Positions 19,916-30,327 of a DNA stretch of 64,000 bases are shown in pieces. Every line of letters begins with the position of its first letter. Within the stretch, counting starts at the first letter, position 1. A program made the translations under genes and the position numbers. The notes under the pieces are model-generated. The model did not search any database, was not told the origin of the DNA, and worked only from the letters and a program-made list of their open reading frames with translations. Source of the stretch: an uncultured virus (IMG/VR IMGVR_UViG_3300027902_000007) (Duplodnaviria > Heunggongvirae > Uroviricota > Caudoviricetes); IMG/VR virus record IMGVR_UViG_3300027902_000007, one strand, 5' to 3'.

Positions 19916-20149
19916 CATCTACACAAATAGGAGATAACATGCCTGACACATTAGACATATTCAGTAAGATGATGCGTGAACAGTGGGCAAAAGAAAACAA
20001 CACCTCCACCCCAGGACAAGGTGGCTGCTCAGAAGACTTTGAACACTTCCCATCAAGATACGTCAAGATGCTGGAGGAAAAGATTCTTGAGCTAGGCGTC
20101 GCAAATGAAGCACTGCGAGCAAAGTTGTTAGTGGCAGCTAGAAGGTAAA

Positions 20150-20198
20150 CCACATTTAGAGGTGTAAGGGCGTAGAGAACTTGATTATTATATTATAA
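20150..20198 (+). promoter_or_regulatory. bipartite phage promoter-like element
   Basis: CCACATTT-N24-TGATTATTATATTATA, then AAGGAGG RBS. Confidence 0.65.
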
Positions 20199-20212
20199 TC
20201 AAGGAGGATTAC

Positions 20213-21385
20213 ATGACACACAAAACATGCATTTTAATCAGCCTACTATTGGTCACGGCCTTTGCCCAGTGGACCTACTTACCCGGGAGCCTCAATTTCG
20301 GTGGGCCCATAATCGCCTCCCACGACACGCTCCTGATGTCAAGGTCCGGCGTGACCCAGATGGTCGCGAATGATTCCACAAAGATGACAAATTACCCACT
20401 CGGCCTGACCTCTATCCGCGCGATGTTAAAATTCCACGACTCGGTATTTGCCGTCGGTAACGGCGGTGTTGCCTGGGGCGACATGACGGGCGCCAATACC
20501 GTCCCGATGTTCCGTGGGCGGAAGGTCTACTCAATAGCAATCGCTGTCGACACAACCATTCCCTCCCCGACTAAGTACCCAGTCGACACGATATTTATCG
20601 GCACCGACAGCGGGGTCTACTACTCACCGAGTGACAGTCCAGGTTACCTAAAGCTCCCACGCTGCAAGTACTGGTTCCCAAAAAATAATGGTCTGGTCAC
20701 TAAAATAAATGCCATAAATTATTGGTACGGCGTCCCAGAGGTTGGCACTGACAGTGGGGTCTTTTATTACCAAAACAACAAATGGGTACGAGATGACTAC
20801 GATTTTCCTGCATTATTCGCCGGCACAGCATCAAAGAAAATAAACACCATCTATTCAGACATGACATACTCAATCAATACTGGTAGCACATGGTTTGTCG
20901 GAACAGATTCTGGATTCTGTGAAGGAGGAGGCAACCCGACGATTTACCTGGCAGGCAAACACATCCTCTCATTTTGCGCCCACGGTACCACACTTTTTGT
21001 CGGCACTGACTCTTTAGTCTATAGGTTTCCCGATCCGTACGATTTTTCAAATTACACGTCACTTGGCACACTCCAACCAGCCTTCCCGTTCCTCCACGAC
21101 TCATTAGTGTCGATCGCGTGTAATGATAATTACCTCTACGTCGTCGACCACGTCGTCGACATCACCAGACCGACGCAACCACAGTCGCCACTCATATTCT
21201 ACATGTCACTCAACCAGACTAGCATCATTCCAGTCCATAAGGTCATCCCGAGGACACTCTCACAATCTTACGTCAAATATTTCTCTTTAAACGGCCGTCG
21301 AATCACTACTCCTCGAGTGACAGGTCTTTACATTAGGAATACAAACACTATAACTGTCAAGTACATTTATACTAGAGGCTATTAA
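20213..21385 (+). CDS. secreted beta-propeller-like protein
   Basis: signal peptide (LISLLLVTAFA/QW); four [IV]GTDS blade-like repeats; C-terminal YFSLNGRRI...GLYI tail. Confidence 0.65.
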   Translation: MTHKTCILISLLLVTAFAQWTYLPGSLNFGGPIIASHDTLLMSRSGVTQMVANDSTKMTNYPLGLTSIRAMLKFHDSVFAVGNGGVAWGDMTGANTVPMFRGRKVYSIAIAVDTTIPSPTKYPVDTIFIGTDSGVYYSPSDSPGYLKLPRCKYWFPKNNGLVTKINAINYWYGVPEVGTDSGVFYYQNNKWVRDDYDFPALFAGTASKKINTIYSDMTYSINTGSTWFVGTDSGFCEGGGNPTIYLAGKHILSFCAHGTTLFVGTDSLVYRFPDPYDFSNYTSLGTLQPAFPFLHDSLVSIACNDNYLYVVDHVVDITRPTQPQSPLIFYMSLNQTSIIPVHKVIPRTLSQSYVKYFSLNGRRITTPRVTGLYIRNTNTITVKYIYTRGY

Positions 21386-21871
21386 ATGGACATAAATGAC
21401 GAGTGCGGTGAACGTACCAGATTGTTGCTGACTGGCGGAAAAGAGAAGCAGAGAGAACGGATAACCCTTGAGGATGATCTCCGGTCGGCCATAATCAAGG
21501 TGGCCGAGGGCAATCCCGGAGCCCTGGCAGTCTGCATATCATTGGCTCAGGATGGACCGATAATCGATCCCGACAGCGCACTTGGACCCCTCACGTACCT
21601 CCTCTCGCTCGATGCCCATGGCATCTACGGTCACAGGATTTGGGGCCTCTACAAGGACGTCTGTGGAGAAAATCTGGTCTACATGTGTGCAACATTAAGA
21701 GCCGTCCAACTTGGTCTACTGTCGATCATAACGCTCCAAAATGCCATTGACCTGACCGCAGTTGTCCCATCCTCCTCCTCAGGAATCAACGTGGTTGAGG
21801 TACTGAACACCGTGATAAAAAGACTCCCAAAATTCTTTGCAAAAGGTTACACACCAACCCTCAAACCATGA
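21386..21871 (+). CDS. hypothetical phage protein
   Basis: AEGNPGA...LD..GIYG..IW.LYKDVCG pattern. Confidence 0.6.
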   Translation: MDINDECGERTRLLLTGGKEKQRERITLEDDLRSAIIKVAEGNPGALAVCISLAQDGPIIDPDSALGPLTYLLSLDAHGIYGHRIWGLYKDVCGENLVYMCATLRAVQLGLLSIITLQNAIDLTAVVPSSSSGINVVEVLNTVIKRLPKFFAKGYTPTLKP

Positions 21872-21878
21872 GGAAGAT

Positions 21879-22364
21879 ATGTCAATCGAAAACGCGATAA
21901 GGGATGCCTTTAAGCAGAAGAGAGAACGCTGCTGGGATACAATATACTTTGCCATTGACCTCCACAACACAATCCTACTACCACACAGCGACAAAATGTA
22001 TCCTTATGCCTTTGAGACGCTCAGACTCCTATCACTACAGAAGGACATTGCACTCATCCTCTTCACGGCCACGAAGAGAGAGATACTCATACCCTTCCTC
22101 GATTTTTGTAAGAGGAATGAGATTGTCTTCAAGTATCTCAATGAGAACACGGAGTGCAAAAATACTAAGACCGGTGACTACACCAAAAAATTCTACTTTA
22201 ACGTGCTACTGGACGACAGGGCGGGATTCGATCCCAAGGACTGGAAGAAGGTGTTCAACATCCTCTTTAGTGAGATCTGTTGTCCATTCTGTCATCATAA
22301 GTTACCATACTGCATCTGGCAAAAGAGGGCGGCCCTCTTAAAAAGACTAGGACACAGGCGATAG
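21879..22364 (+). CDS. HAD-like hydrolase (phage type)
   Basis: AIDLHNTI (variant of the DxD motif I), ILFTA, LNEN, KFYFNVLLDDRAGF. Confidence 0.65.
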   Translation: MSIENAIRDAFKQKRERCWDTIYFAIDLHNTILLPHSDKMYPYAFETLRLLSLQKDIALILFTATKREILIPFLDFCKRNEIVFKYLNENTECKNTKTGDYTKKFYFNVLLDDRAGFDPKDWKKVFNILFSEICCPFCHHKLPYCIWQKRAALLKRLGHRR

Positions 22365-23280
22365 TTCCCCATTAGTTACGCGCACGCGCGTTCTATCTCT
22401 TCTATAAATATATACTCATATAGAGATCTCTCTATAGAATTTTACCCTATACGCGCGCGAAGTCGTCTATACGACACAACTCCCAAACAATATTCCGATC
22501 CCAAGGTCGCCCTCACACTGTCGTCTACGAGAGTCTTTAAGTGTTAACCGAGCCTCTAAATGTGGTACTCATCGTCCCGATGCAGCTTCGTGACGTGACT
22601 ATTATACTATGATAGGATTTACTGGAATCCAGGTAAGATCATGAAGAATAAATTGTGGCGACTGTGGTTCGATCCCTGTCCTGAGTGTCACATCAGACAC
22701 AGGACCTTTACCGCTGTTAGGAGATGTCTGGTGAGTGTCCACAGCTTGGAACTCACAGCCCTGATCCTCGGTAAACCGAAATTCAGACAGTACAAGACTA
22801 GGTTCGAGAGGATGAAGAAATTTGCCACAAAGTTCCAGCGCCAGGAAGCGAGGAAATTGTGGAAAAATACTAGCAAACGATTGTCACGGGGCTGACATGA
22901 AAATCACCATCGACACATCTGAGGTAAAAGAGGCATTGGTCAACTTCATCTCTAAAAAATACTTTAAGGAAAACATGGTCACGACTGACGACGTCAAGTC
23001 TGTCACACTCCACCGGAAGTCGTCCAAGACAGAGGACGTCGGCTCCGTCACTATAGAACTGGAGTAATCCTATGAGTTCATCCACCCCAATCGTCCTACG
23101 CAGGGAATGTAAGGGATGTCAACACCAGGCGTGTTATGACATGAGTCACAAGTATCCCTACCACTGTTACAATCGCGCAAGAAAAGCCGGCGGCGGGGGT
23201 AAGAACCCTCCCATCAGGTCAACAAATCTTGAGATAACCCGGACAACTAAACCCTGTCCCCTACTCAAAAAGGAGGTCAC

Positions 23281-23781
23281 ATGAAACTGTTACTCGGAAT
23301 CATCCTCTGTATCCCGCTGTTACTCTTCACCACCGTCCGCACCGTGAAGTACGTCGGCTTCAAGTTCGACTGCGCCCAACACATCAAGCGGGCGGCCGAC
23401 GCCAACACCGTCGACCTTGCCAGGCAGGAGCTCAAGACTGTCTTAGCTTACTGTGATGACCACAGACTCACCTCCGGGACGGTCTCAATCCTCTTCCACC
23501 AGCCGAAGAACGACATCGGCTTCTGGTACACCAACATGTCGGCATCCCTAAGGGAGCTCAACAAGGTCACGGACAGTACGTCACAACTTGAGCGCTCCAA
23601 CCTCCTCATCAAGCTGAGGGAGACGCTCATCGACCACGGGGAGAGGGGCATCACCATCACCTGCCCGAACGGCATAACGGTCTACCCCAACAACATGGCC
23701 TACTTCATCTGGGGTGTGTTCGGCACAATACTACTCTGTGTCGGTGCCTACCTCATCATGGCCTTCTTCATGGAGTTGTGA
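23281..23781 (+). CDS. membrane protein with two TM segments
   Basis: N- and C-terminal hydrophobic helices; GGAGG RBS. Confidence 0.6.
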   Translation: MKLLLGIILCIPLLLFTTVRTVKYVGFKFDCAQHIKRAADANTVDLARQELKTVLAYCDDHRLTSGTVSILFHQPKNDIGFWYTNMSASLRELNKVTDSTSQLERSNLLIKLRETLIDHGERGITITCPNGITVYPNNMAYFIWGVFGTILLCVGAYLIMAFFMEL

Positions 23782-24340
23782 TAATGGACCCAATCCATGA
23801 CATCCTCGGACAGATAGCCGACCTGATCGTCGACAGGTACGACTGGGCCGACCACGACACGATCACGGACTTCGAGCCGACGTCCGAGGAGGAGGAAGAG
23901 ATAAGGACACTCTTCGGTGAACTCATAGACAACCAGGAGGGGACGCCGAGCTACGAGAACGCCGTAGAGGCGATCCACAGGATCATCCACTAGGAGGAGC
24001 CATGATAGACTTTCTACAGGTCACCATCGGATTTTGTGTCGGCGTCGTAGTGGGCATAATGATTAGCTACGCGAGGTCAAAATTTCTAGGGGTGAATAAG
24101 GACATCCTTGGCAGATCTGACGCGTCCTAAATCCACCGGACTCTATAGAACGATTGTCACTGGGCCGATCCAAAATCTTCAAACCACATCCCAAAAGTCT
24201 GTTTGAACCAAATCTAATAGAATCCCCTCCACCTTAGTTTTACTGCATAGACGCCAATCTAGCGCCACTTTAAGCTGAATCCCACCGACGCGAGATCTGA
24301 CGCAGTACCTAACCCGTAAGCCTCAAAATGTGGTACCCTT

Positions 24341-24504
24341 ACTTGACATCTGATGACAATCTACGTGTGTATCTTTCGTGGTCAACTTGACACCAGATGA
24401 CAATCTACGTGACAATCTACGTGTGCATCTTTCGTGACTTACTTGACATCTGATGACAATCTACGCGTACATCTTTCGTGATCAACCTGACATCGGATGA
24501 CAAT
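24341..24504. repeat. imperfect tandem repeat of about 44 bp (about 3.5 units)
   Basis: ACTTGACATCTGATGACAATCTACGTGTGTATCTTTCGTG-like units starting near 24341, 24385 and 24441, with a partial unit at 24485. Confidence 0.8.
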
Positions 24505-24540
24505 TCGGTCTCGGGCCAACTGGTCTACGACCCTGTGCCG

Positions 24541-24674
24541 CACGTCCGATCTCGAGGCAGAGGTATCCAAAGATCTCGACATTGGATCCTGGATCAATCA
24601 GCTCCACATGTCAGATCTCTGAGCAGAGGTATCCAAAGATCACAGGTGACACAGGTGTCATAGGTCACACAGGT
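24541..24674. repeat. direct repeats GCAGAGGTATCCAAAGATC (x2) and CAYAGGT (x4)
   Basis: read directly from the sequence. Confidence 0.7.
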
Positions 24675-25001
24675 TGTTCTGGATCCGTCCGCACACGAAC
24701 CCGTGTATCGTGCTCGAGCCCTACATTGACCGCGAGGGATCCTGTGACAGCCGGGCGAGAGTGACTAACTGTGGGTGTGGGGTCCGCCCGAGACGCGCGC
24801 ATGCCACCGCGCTGATTTATCACTTGTGAAGGCCTTTACTGATAGCACAGCCCCTATAGCACGGCGGTCGGGCGCGGTGCGCCGTGACGAGAATTTTTGC
24901 GCGGGCCCAATTCTGATTCACCTACAGCAACGTTTTTCTGCCTCTGTGAGGCCCTGGTCATTCCCTTACCCTCTAATAGGTCACGTGTAAATGGAAATGG
25001 A

Positions 25002-25214
25002 TCAGCCCCGTGACAACGCCTCGATGAAGTCGAACTTGTTGGCACCCACAGGCGATGCGACCGTCCTGAGGTGGTCTATACACCTGACACACAGTAACCT
25101 CTCGTGGGAGTCCGACAGGCGGACCGGGTGTAGCTCACGCCTCTGGCCGCACCTGTCACAGGCGCCCAGGCAGGTGCCCCACCAGCGGTTTAGGTCTGAT
25201 ATCGTCTCAGACAT
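25002..25214 (-). CDS. Zn-ribbon protein with KFDF tail
   Basis: GACDRC...LCVRC; ANKFDFI near the C-terminus. Confidence 0.55.
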   Translation of the reverse strand: MSETISDLNRWWGTCLGACDRCGQRRELHPVRLSDSHERLLCVRCIDHLRTVASPVGANKFDFIEALSRG

Positions 25215-25467
25215 TGTCACCCCCGGTCATGAAGTCGAACTTACTGATGGCGACTACTTTTAACTGCGTGGGGTCGTGTGACACGTGGTCACGTGGGTCG
25301 ACGGCGATGACGTGGTCCCTATTTATACCGGCGACCTCCCTAATCATCTGGGTGAATTCTTGGAGTGTCAGTCGTCCGTGCATGTCGCGGCCCAACTCAC
25401 GGTTTGGTTCACAACGCAGGTGGTGTATCGCGGATGTTAGGCCTGTGTCGGTGGTCTCGTCGGGCAT
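25207..25467 (-). CDS. hypothetical protein with KFDF tail
   Basis: ISKFDFM near the C-terminus; GGAGG RBS before MPDE. Confidence 0.5.
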   Translation of the reverse strand: MPDETTDTGLTSAIHHLRCEPNRELGRDMHGRLTLQEFTQMIREVAGINRDHVIAVDPRDHVSHDPTQLKVVAISKFDFMTGGDNV

Positions 25468-25677
25468 CGTCCCTCCCCTACGGGTTCGAACCACTCGTCC
25501 GTGGGCTGGAAGTTACTTATGTCAAATATGTCGGCCCAACCTGACATTACCCCTCCGACCCCAACCTCCCCTGTCCCCGTTAGCATGGACACCCGTGTGG
25601 GTTCCACGCAGACCGGCGTCCCAATTGCCCACGTCCTATGGTCGGTGAACGGCCTCTTTAGGGTGTGCGTCACCTTT

Positions 25678-25995
25678 TTATTCATCTGACCCTCTAACCA
25701 TGAAGTCGAACTTATTGACCTCTGGCGGTGGTTCCTTTGGGGCCTCGTGCATCTTCAACTGTTCGAGTTCCATTTTGGTTAGCCTCTCCCCTAACTCTAG
25801 CTTCAGCCTCTCCTCCTGTGTCCTGGTCAATTGCATCCTCTCGTCGTAACTAAGGGACTGCGTCTCCAATCGTGCTTGTCGGTCGTGCAGTTGGGTCACC
25901 TGGGCCTGGACCGTCAGGAGTTGTTGGCGCAGGTCCTGACCGATCTGTGCCATGGCTGACGCCAGACCCTCGATGCCACCGGCGAAACTGGGCAT
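25678..25995 (-). CDS. coiled-coil protein with KFDF tail (start MPSFAG)
   Basis: heptad-like Q/L/E-rich region; VNKFDFM near the C-terminus. Confidence 0.55.
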   Translation of the reverse strand: MPSFAGGIEGLASAMAQIGQDLRQQLLTVQAQVTQLHDRQARLETQSLSYDERMQLTRTQEERLKLELGERLTKMELEQLKMHEAPKEPPPEVNKFDFMVRGSDE

Positions 25996-26180
25996 CAGTT
26001 CTCTCCCACTATGAATTCGAACTTGTTGACCCCTGTGGGCGCGGGAGGGTTGGTTAACCAGGATGATTCTTGGAGACACACCCCACACAGGTCTTTGTGA
26101 CCACTGTGGTCGTAATGTCTTGTCAGCCACGTTTCTGCCTGACACACGTCACAGGTGCCTTGGAATGTTCTTTCGTCCAT
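25995..26180 (-). CDS. Zn-ribbon protein with KFEF tail
   Basis: GTCDVC...TW...LCGVC; VNKFEFI. Confidence 0.55.
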   Translation of the reverse strand: MDERTFQGTCDVCQAETWLTRHYDHSGHKDLCGVCLQESSWLTNPPAPTGVNKFEFIVGEN

Positions 26181-26637
26181 TGTGTGATAGTCATGTGGGT
26201 CGTCGTAGATTCCAGGCCGACGTTGACTTGCCGTGGGACGTGTTGTCTGCCTATGGTCGGATGTTTGTTTTGGGGCCGTCGGTGGTTATTCGGTGGGTCC
26301 TTGGGCGGCTGGGATTGTGTTGAATTGGGAAGGTATTGGGGGGACTGGTTTGTGACTCCGGTGGGTTTTAGGGGATCAGGAGACCTGGCGGTGTGGGCGG
26401 GGCGGCCGACCGGACTCTTAAGTCTGTGTGGGATCCCGTTCAGGGGGTTCAACGTGGTGGACGTTAAGGGGTGGGACTGACAGTGACCCCGGCGGTCATC
26501 TATGTGGGCTTGCGTGGGGGGCGGCCGAGTCTATCGAGGACGGTCGGGGAGGAGAGCCTATAAAGAGTGGGCGTAGGGTGGCTTCGTCGGATCGTCGGGG
26601 AACGGGACACCGCGCGCCGGGCAGCACACACAGTCAT

Positions 26638-26673
26638 CATGATACAATAAAGAAGCATGATACAATAAAGAAA
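26638..26673. repeat. 18-bp-period tandem duplication CATGATACAATAAAGAA
   Basis: two adjacent copies. Confidence 0.7.
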
Positions 26674-27836
26674 CTAATGAAGGGTCACCACAAAAGAATC
26701 TCTCATATTCCTGAGACGGTATGAGGTCGCCAGGTCGCAAATGGAGAATGGTATGGGTTTGGCCAGATTAAATATGGTGCCGTTTTGACTACAGATTAAG
26801 TTTGTCCTGATGGGTGTGGAGCCGCCGTTGTACTTGAATAGGCACCCACACGTTTGCTGGGTCTGGGGGCAGGCGTCAGAGGATTTTGATATCCTCCTGT
26901 ATTCCTCGTAGCTGCCGGAGCCTGTGTAACCACAGACAGAGCACTCACGAAAAATAGAATCTGTTTCGTTTGGGGCACCGCACATTACACAATTTTCAGT
27001 ACTCATGCGCACCTTCCGTACCACGATCTTCCCCTCCTGACGAAGAAGTAATCGCTCATGATAAAATCGAGGCGTTTAACATCCGCAAGCTTCTTCTTCG
27101 TTCTCCAACCGTTAATGATCCCGCAGATCCTCCCCCTCACCGCGTGTGGCACGTGTACCGGCCTGCTCACCTCTATGTCGACCCGGGTCTCCTGGGTCAG
27201 TGGGTGCCGGAAGAGCATCTCGAGCCCGTCGAAGCACAGGTGGAGCCCGTCATCGTCAAATAGGGGTTCACGTAGTAGGAGTAGGTCGCTCATTGTTTTT
27301 TGTTGAGATTTTAATCATGGACCGAACCCACGATTCGTTTAACTTGCCCGTTACTGCACGACATAATATCTGTAACTGTTCAAAGTCTCCACGGTTACAC
27401 AGGAAGCACACATTTTTGACAGGGGTTTTCATGTGCAGGCAGTGAGTTTCAGCAGGAAATCCCGGTACTTTTTCGAGTAATTCGCCAACCCAAAAATCAC
27501 GACCCTCCGCCATGCACGCCCTTGCTATTAGTTTGCATCTATGTTCAGTGTTCATATTTCTCATCATCCTTTTTTCAACAGCACCATGTATTCCTGGCCG
27601 TTCACGTTGATGGCAACAATCTTACCTTCCGCCAGGGCCCGCAGGTGTTCCTCGGTTAGAATGGTGGGCGTGTTGCGTTGGTGTGGGCAGTGGAATTCAG
27701 CGTAATCGTCCGCGACCTGCATGGAACCAAAGACCACGACCTCATCGCTTGCGAATATTCCCCTCTCTGCCTCCTCAAGAGTATTAAACACGTTCATATT
27801 ATCTCCTCTCTCCGCGTTCAACAGATCATCCTATTT

Positions 27837-28109
27837 TCATATGTGTTTAAAAAACGTGAAAGATCCAGTTGACGTAGTTGTGATCATTTTTGTAGTCGTA
27901 GAGTGGGATTTGTCGGACGGTGCCACGCTTCTTCCCACCATGAAATCAAATTTGCTGATTGCGGTTGCGGGCGCAGAAGAGTTTGCTTCTGGGACGCATG
28001 CTTTGCACAGGTTGTGATCGTCACACTGCGTTACCCAAGTTTTGCCGTGGCATTTGTCGCAAGTGCCTGGGAAGTACAAGACAGGTATTATCAGAATCGG
28101 ATCGTTCAT
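27837..28109 (-). CDS. Zn-ribbon protein with KFDF motif
   Basis: GTCDKC...TW...LCKAC; ISKFDFM. Confidence 0.55.
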   Translation of the reverse strand: MNDPILIIPVLYFPGTCDKCHGKTWVTQCDDHNLCKACVPEANSSAPATAISKFDFMVGRSVAPSDKSHSTTTKMITTTSTGSFTFFKHI

Positions 28110-29771
28110 AAAGCCCCATTGGGTATTGATGGTCCGCCAGGATCCTTAGGATCTACTCGGTACCAATCTGTTATACTCAAACCCTCATCAATAGGTTTCT
28201 TAGCTAAATGGCAAAACTCCCAAGTACTCAAAGCAACCTTACGACGCCACAATGGTGTATCTGTTTTATTCATTCGTCTATTTCATGTTAATTCTTTAGC
28301 GGCTCTTGCGCAAATGAACTTAGACCCCTTAAAATTGTCGTCGCAGTAATAGGCTATGTAAATGGGATATTTCTTTCCGTTTATTTTTATATGATGAACG
28401 ACTTTAAGTTGTCCAGTGCAGGCGGCCATCGTACGGCCTGTTTTCTTATAAGACGTTACTGTGGTCGCGATGGCAGAAACCTCATGCAAGATCATCTGGG
28501 TGCACACAACATCCTCCTTTTAACGCTCGCATGCCGGAGAGAAGATAGTTAGTTGTCTCCTGCCCTCATTTGGTTTATTGGCGTTGAAGATTGCGACTCG
28601 TCTTACTTTAGCCCCGCCACAATGTTTACAACCAATTACCCTATCCAGGTCATAGTTGTCCCATGTGCTCGTGCGCCGTCTGAAGTTTATTAGTTTTCGT
28701 ACCGCCTCTTTGTTGCTTTTAGCATGAAATTCGTATGTCTGCTCGGGAGTGTCGTGCCTGCTATAGGTGATTATGTATTTCATCTTTTCAGCCCCTGTCT
28801 CAGGAGTATAAAACTACAGCAGGCCATTAGGACGCTAATTAGGGCACAGACGATCTCTTCTCCCGTTGTCATGACGTGGAAGAATCCGGCAGCCGAAAAC
28901 CCAGCCACGAAAGCTGAGAGACCCGCCAGGGCACATAGAGTGATCTTAATCTTATTCATACGTCATACTCTTTCATTTGATAAACAGACTAATTAAAGAC
29001 GAAACCATAACAACCGCTGCTAGAACGGTGACAAGCCAACAACAGAAGTCCAGATCTTTATGTCCGCGGCTGCACGACATACACATTGTGAGATGTTCTT
29101 TTGTTATCGGTAATCCTGTACCCTCACAGTACGCTTGAATTTTTGGTCTATCCATGCTGTCTTCCTACCTCTTTCTCAGGTCACAGTACATCGGCAGTAT
29201 GACTATCGCACAGAAGATTATGAAAAAACCAAAGAAGGCTAACGTCTCTAAAAATCGTTTCATTGCCGGTTTCATTTTCCCTTAGATTGCCGTTTTTCCT
29301 ATCCACGCTTATTTTATAGTTAGGACCGAGAAAGCCATTTAAGTCAGTCTTGTCGGCAATTTTATTTACAGCCATTATTCTAGTTTGCTTTAGAATGTCG
29401 TCAATTTTCATGCTTACGTCCTATAGATTATCACGTTCCCGAAGTCCCCACTTAAGCAATTCCGATAAGAGTCTTTGCTTGGTCGTTGGGTCTTGACGCT
29501 GGTATTCAGGGTGGATCGTGACACAATTATAACCGTTATGTCGAATGTATGTGGCCTCTCCGAGTGTGATAACGTCGACGTTTGGGCCGTTCGTTAATAA
29601 TTCGACGTCTTCATCTATTTTTAGCTCGTAGTAAGAGCCGTGGCCTAAGCAGATGGTGACCGCGTCTCTGTTGACAGTGTCCATCTCGTTGAGCTCTTTA
29701 ATTTCGTCCTTGTGGTGTTGGATGTTGGGGAAGTCTTTGAGAAATTTAATCTGCATGTCATTATAGTCGCG

Positions 29772-30146
29772 TTAGTTTACTAAGCTTTCTAAAAAATCAA
29801 ATTTTGTTATTTCTATAGGCACGGACGTGTCTCTACTGCCAGGTGTCGACATGAACTTGTGGCACCAGTACTCGAGGTCCTTACACTCTCCGCTGGTGAA
29901 GAGCGGGCATTCATAGTAATCACCGCCGAGACCCGCCTTGGCAAACTGTGGGTTTATTTTGTAGATGACTATATTGCGACATGTGAAACAGCTCCTCTGC
30001 CAGCACGGAGCCTGCTTTACGTCTTCTAATTTTAAGCAATCATTTTTGCAATTACAATCTCTACATTCAGGTTGTTGTGGATGCTTTACTTTTTGTAAAG
30101 ATAGTCGCTGGCTGATTTCGTAGAGTGTCATATCGTCATCATTCAT
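29772..30146 (-). CDS. Cys-rich protein with KFDF tail
   Basis: multiple Cys motifs; ITKFDFL near the C-terminus. Confidence 0.55.
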   Translation of the reverse strand: MNDDDMTLYEISQRLSLQKVKHPQQPECRDCNCKNDCLKLEDVKQAPCWQRSCFTCRNIVIYKINPQFAKAGLGGDYYECPLFTSGECKDLEYWCHKFMSTPGSRDTSVPIEITKFDFLESLVN

Positions 30147-30327
30147 AATGTGCAAGGACTTAAGCACGCTTTCACCATTAAAACTGTTTTACGTGACCTT
30201 TTTTCGAACTTATCTAATTTCCGTAAGAATATTGGCACGTCATTATTTCTGAAGGGAATTGTCTTTGTTACAATTTTGCCTTTTGCGATTTTTGTAAGAC
30301 CCCTTAGCAAATCCCGTTGTACTTTTG

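Noticed and set aside
24341..24504. Possible CRISPR array
   Set aside because: The repeat units are contiguous and imperfect, with no unique spacers, and no cas genes are visible.
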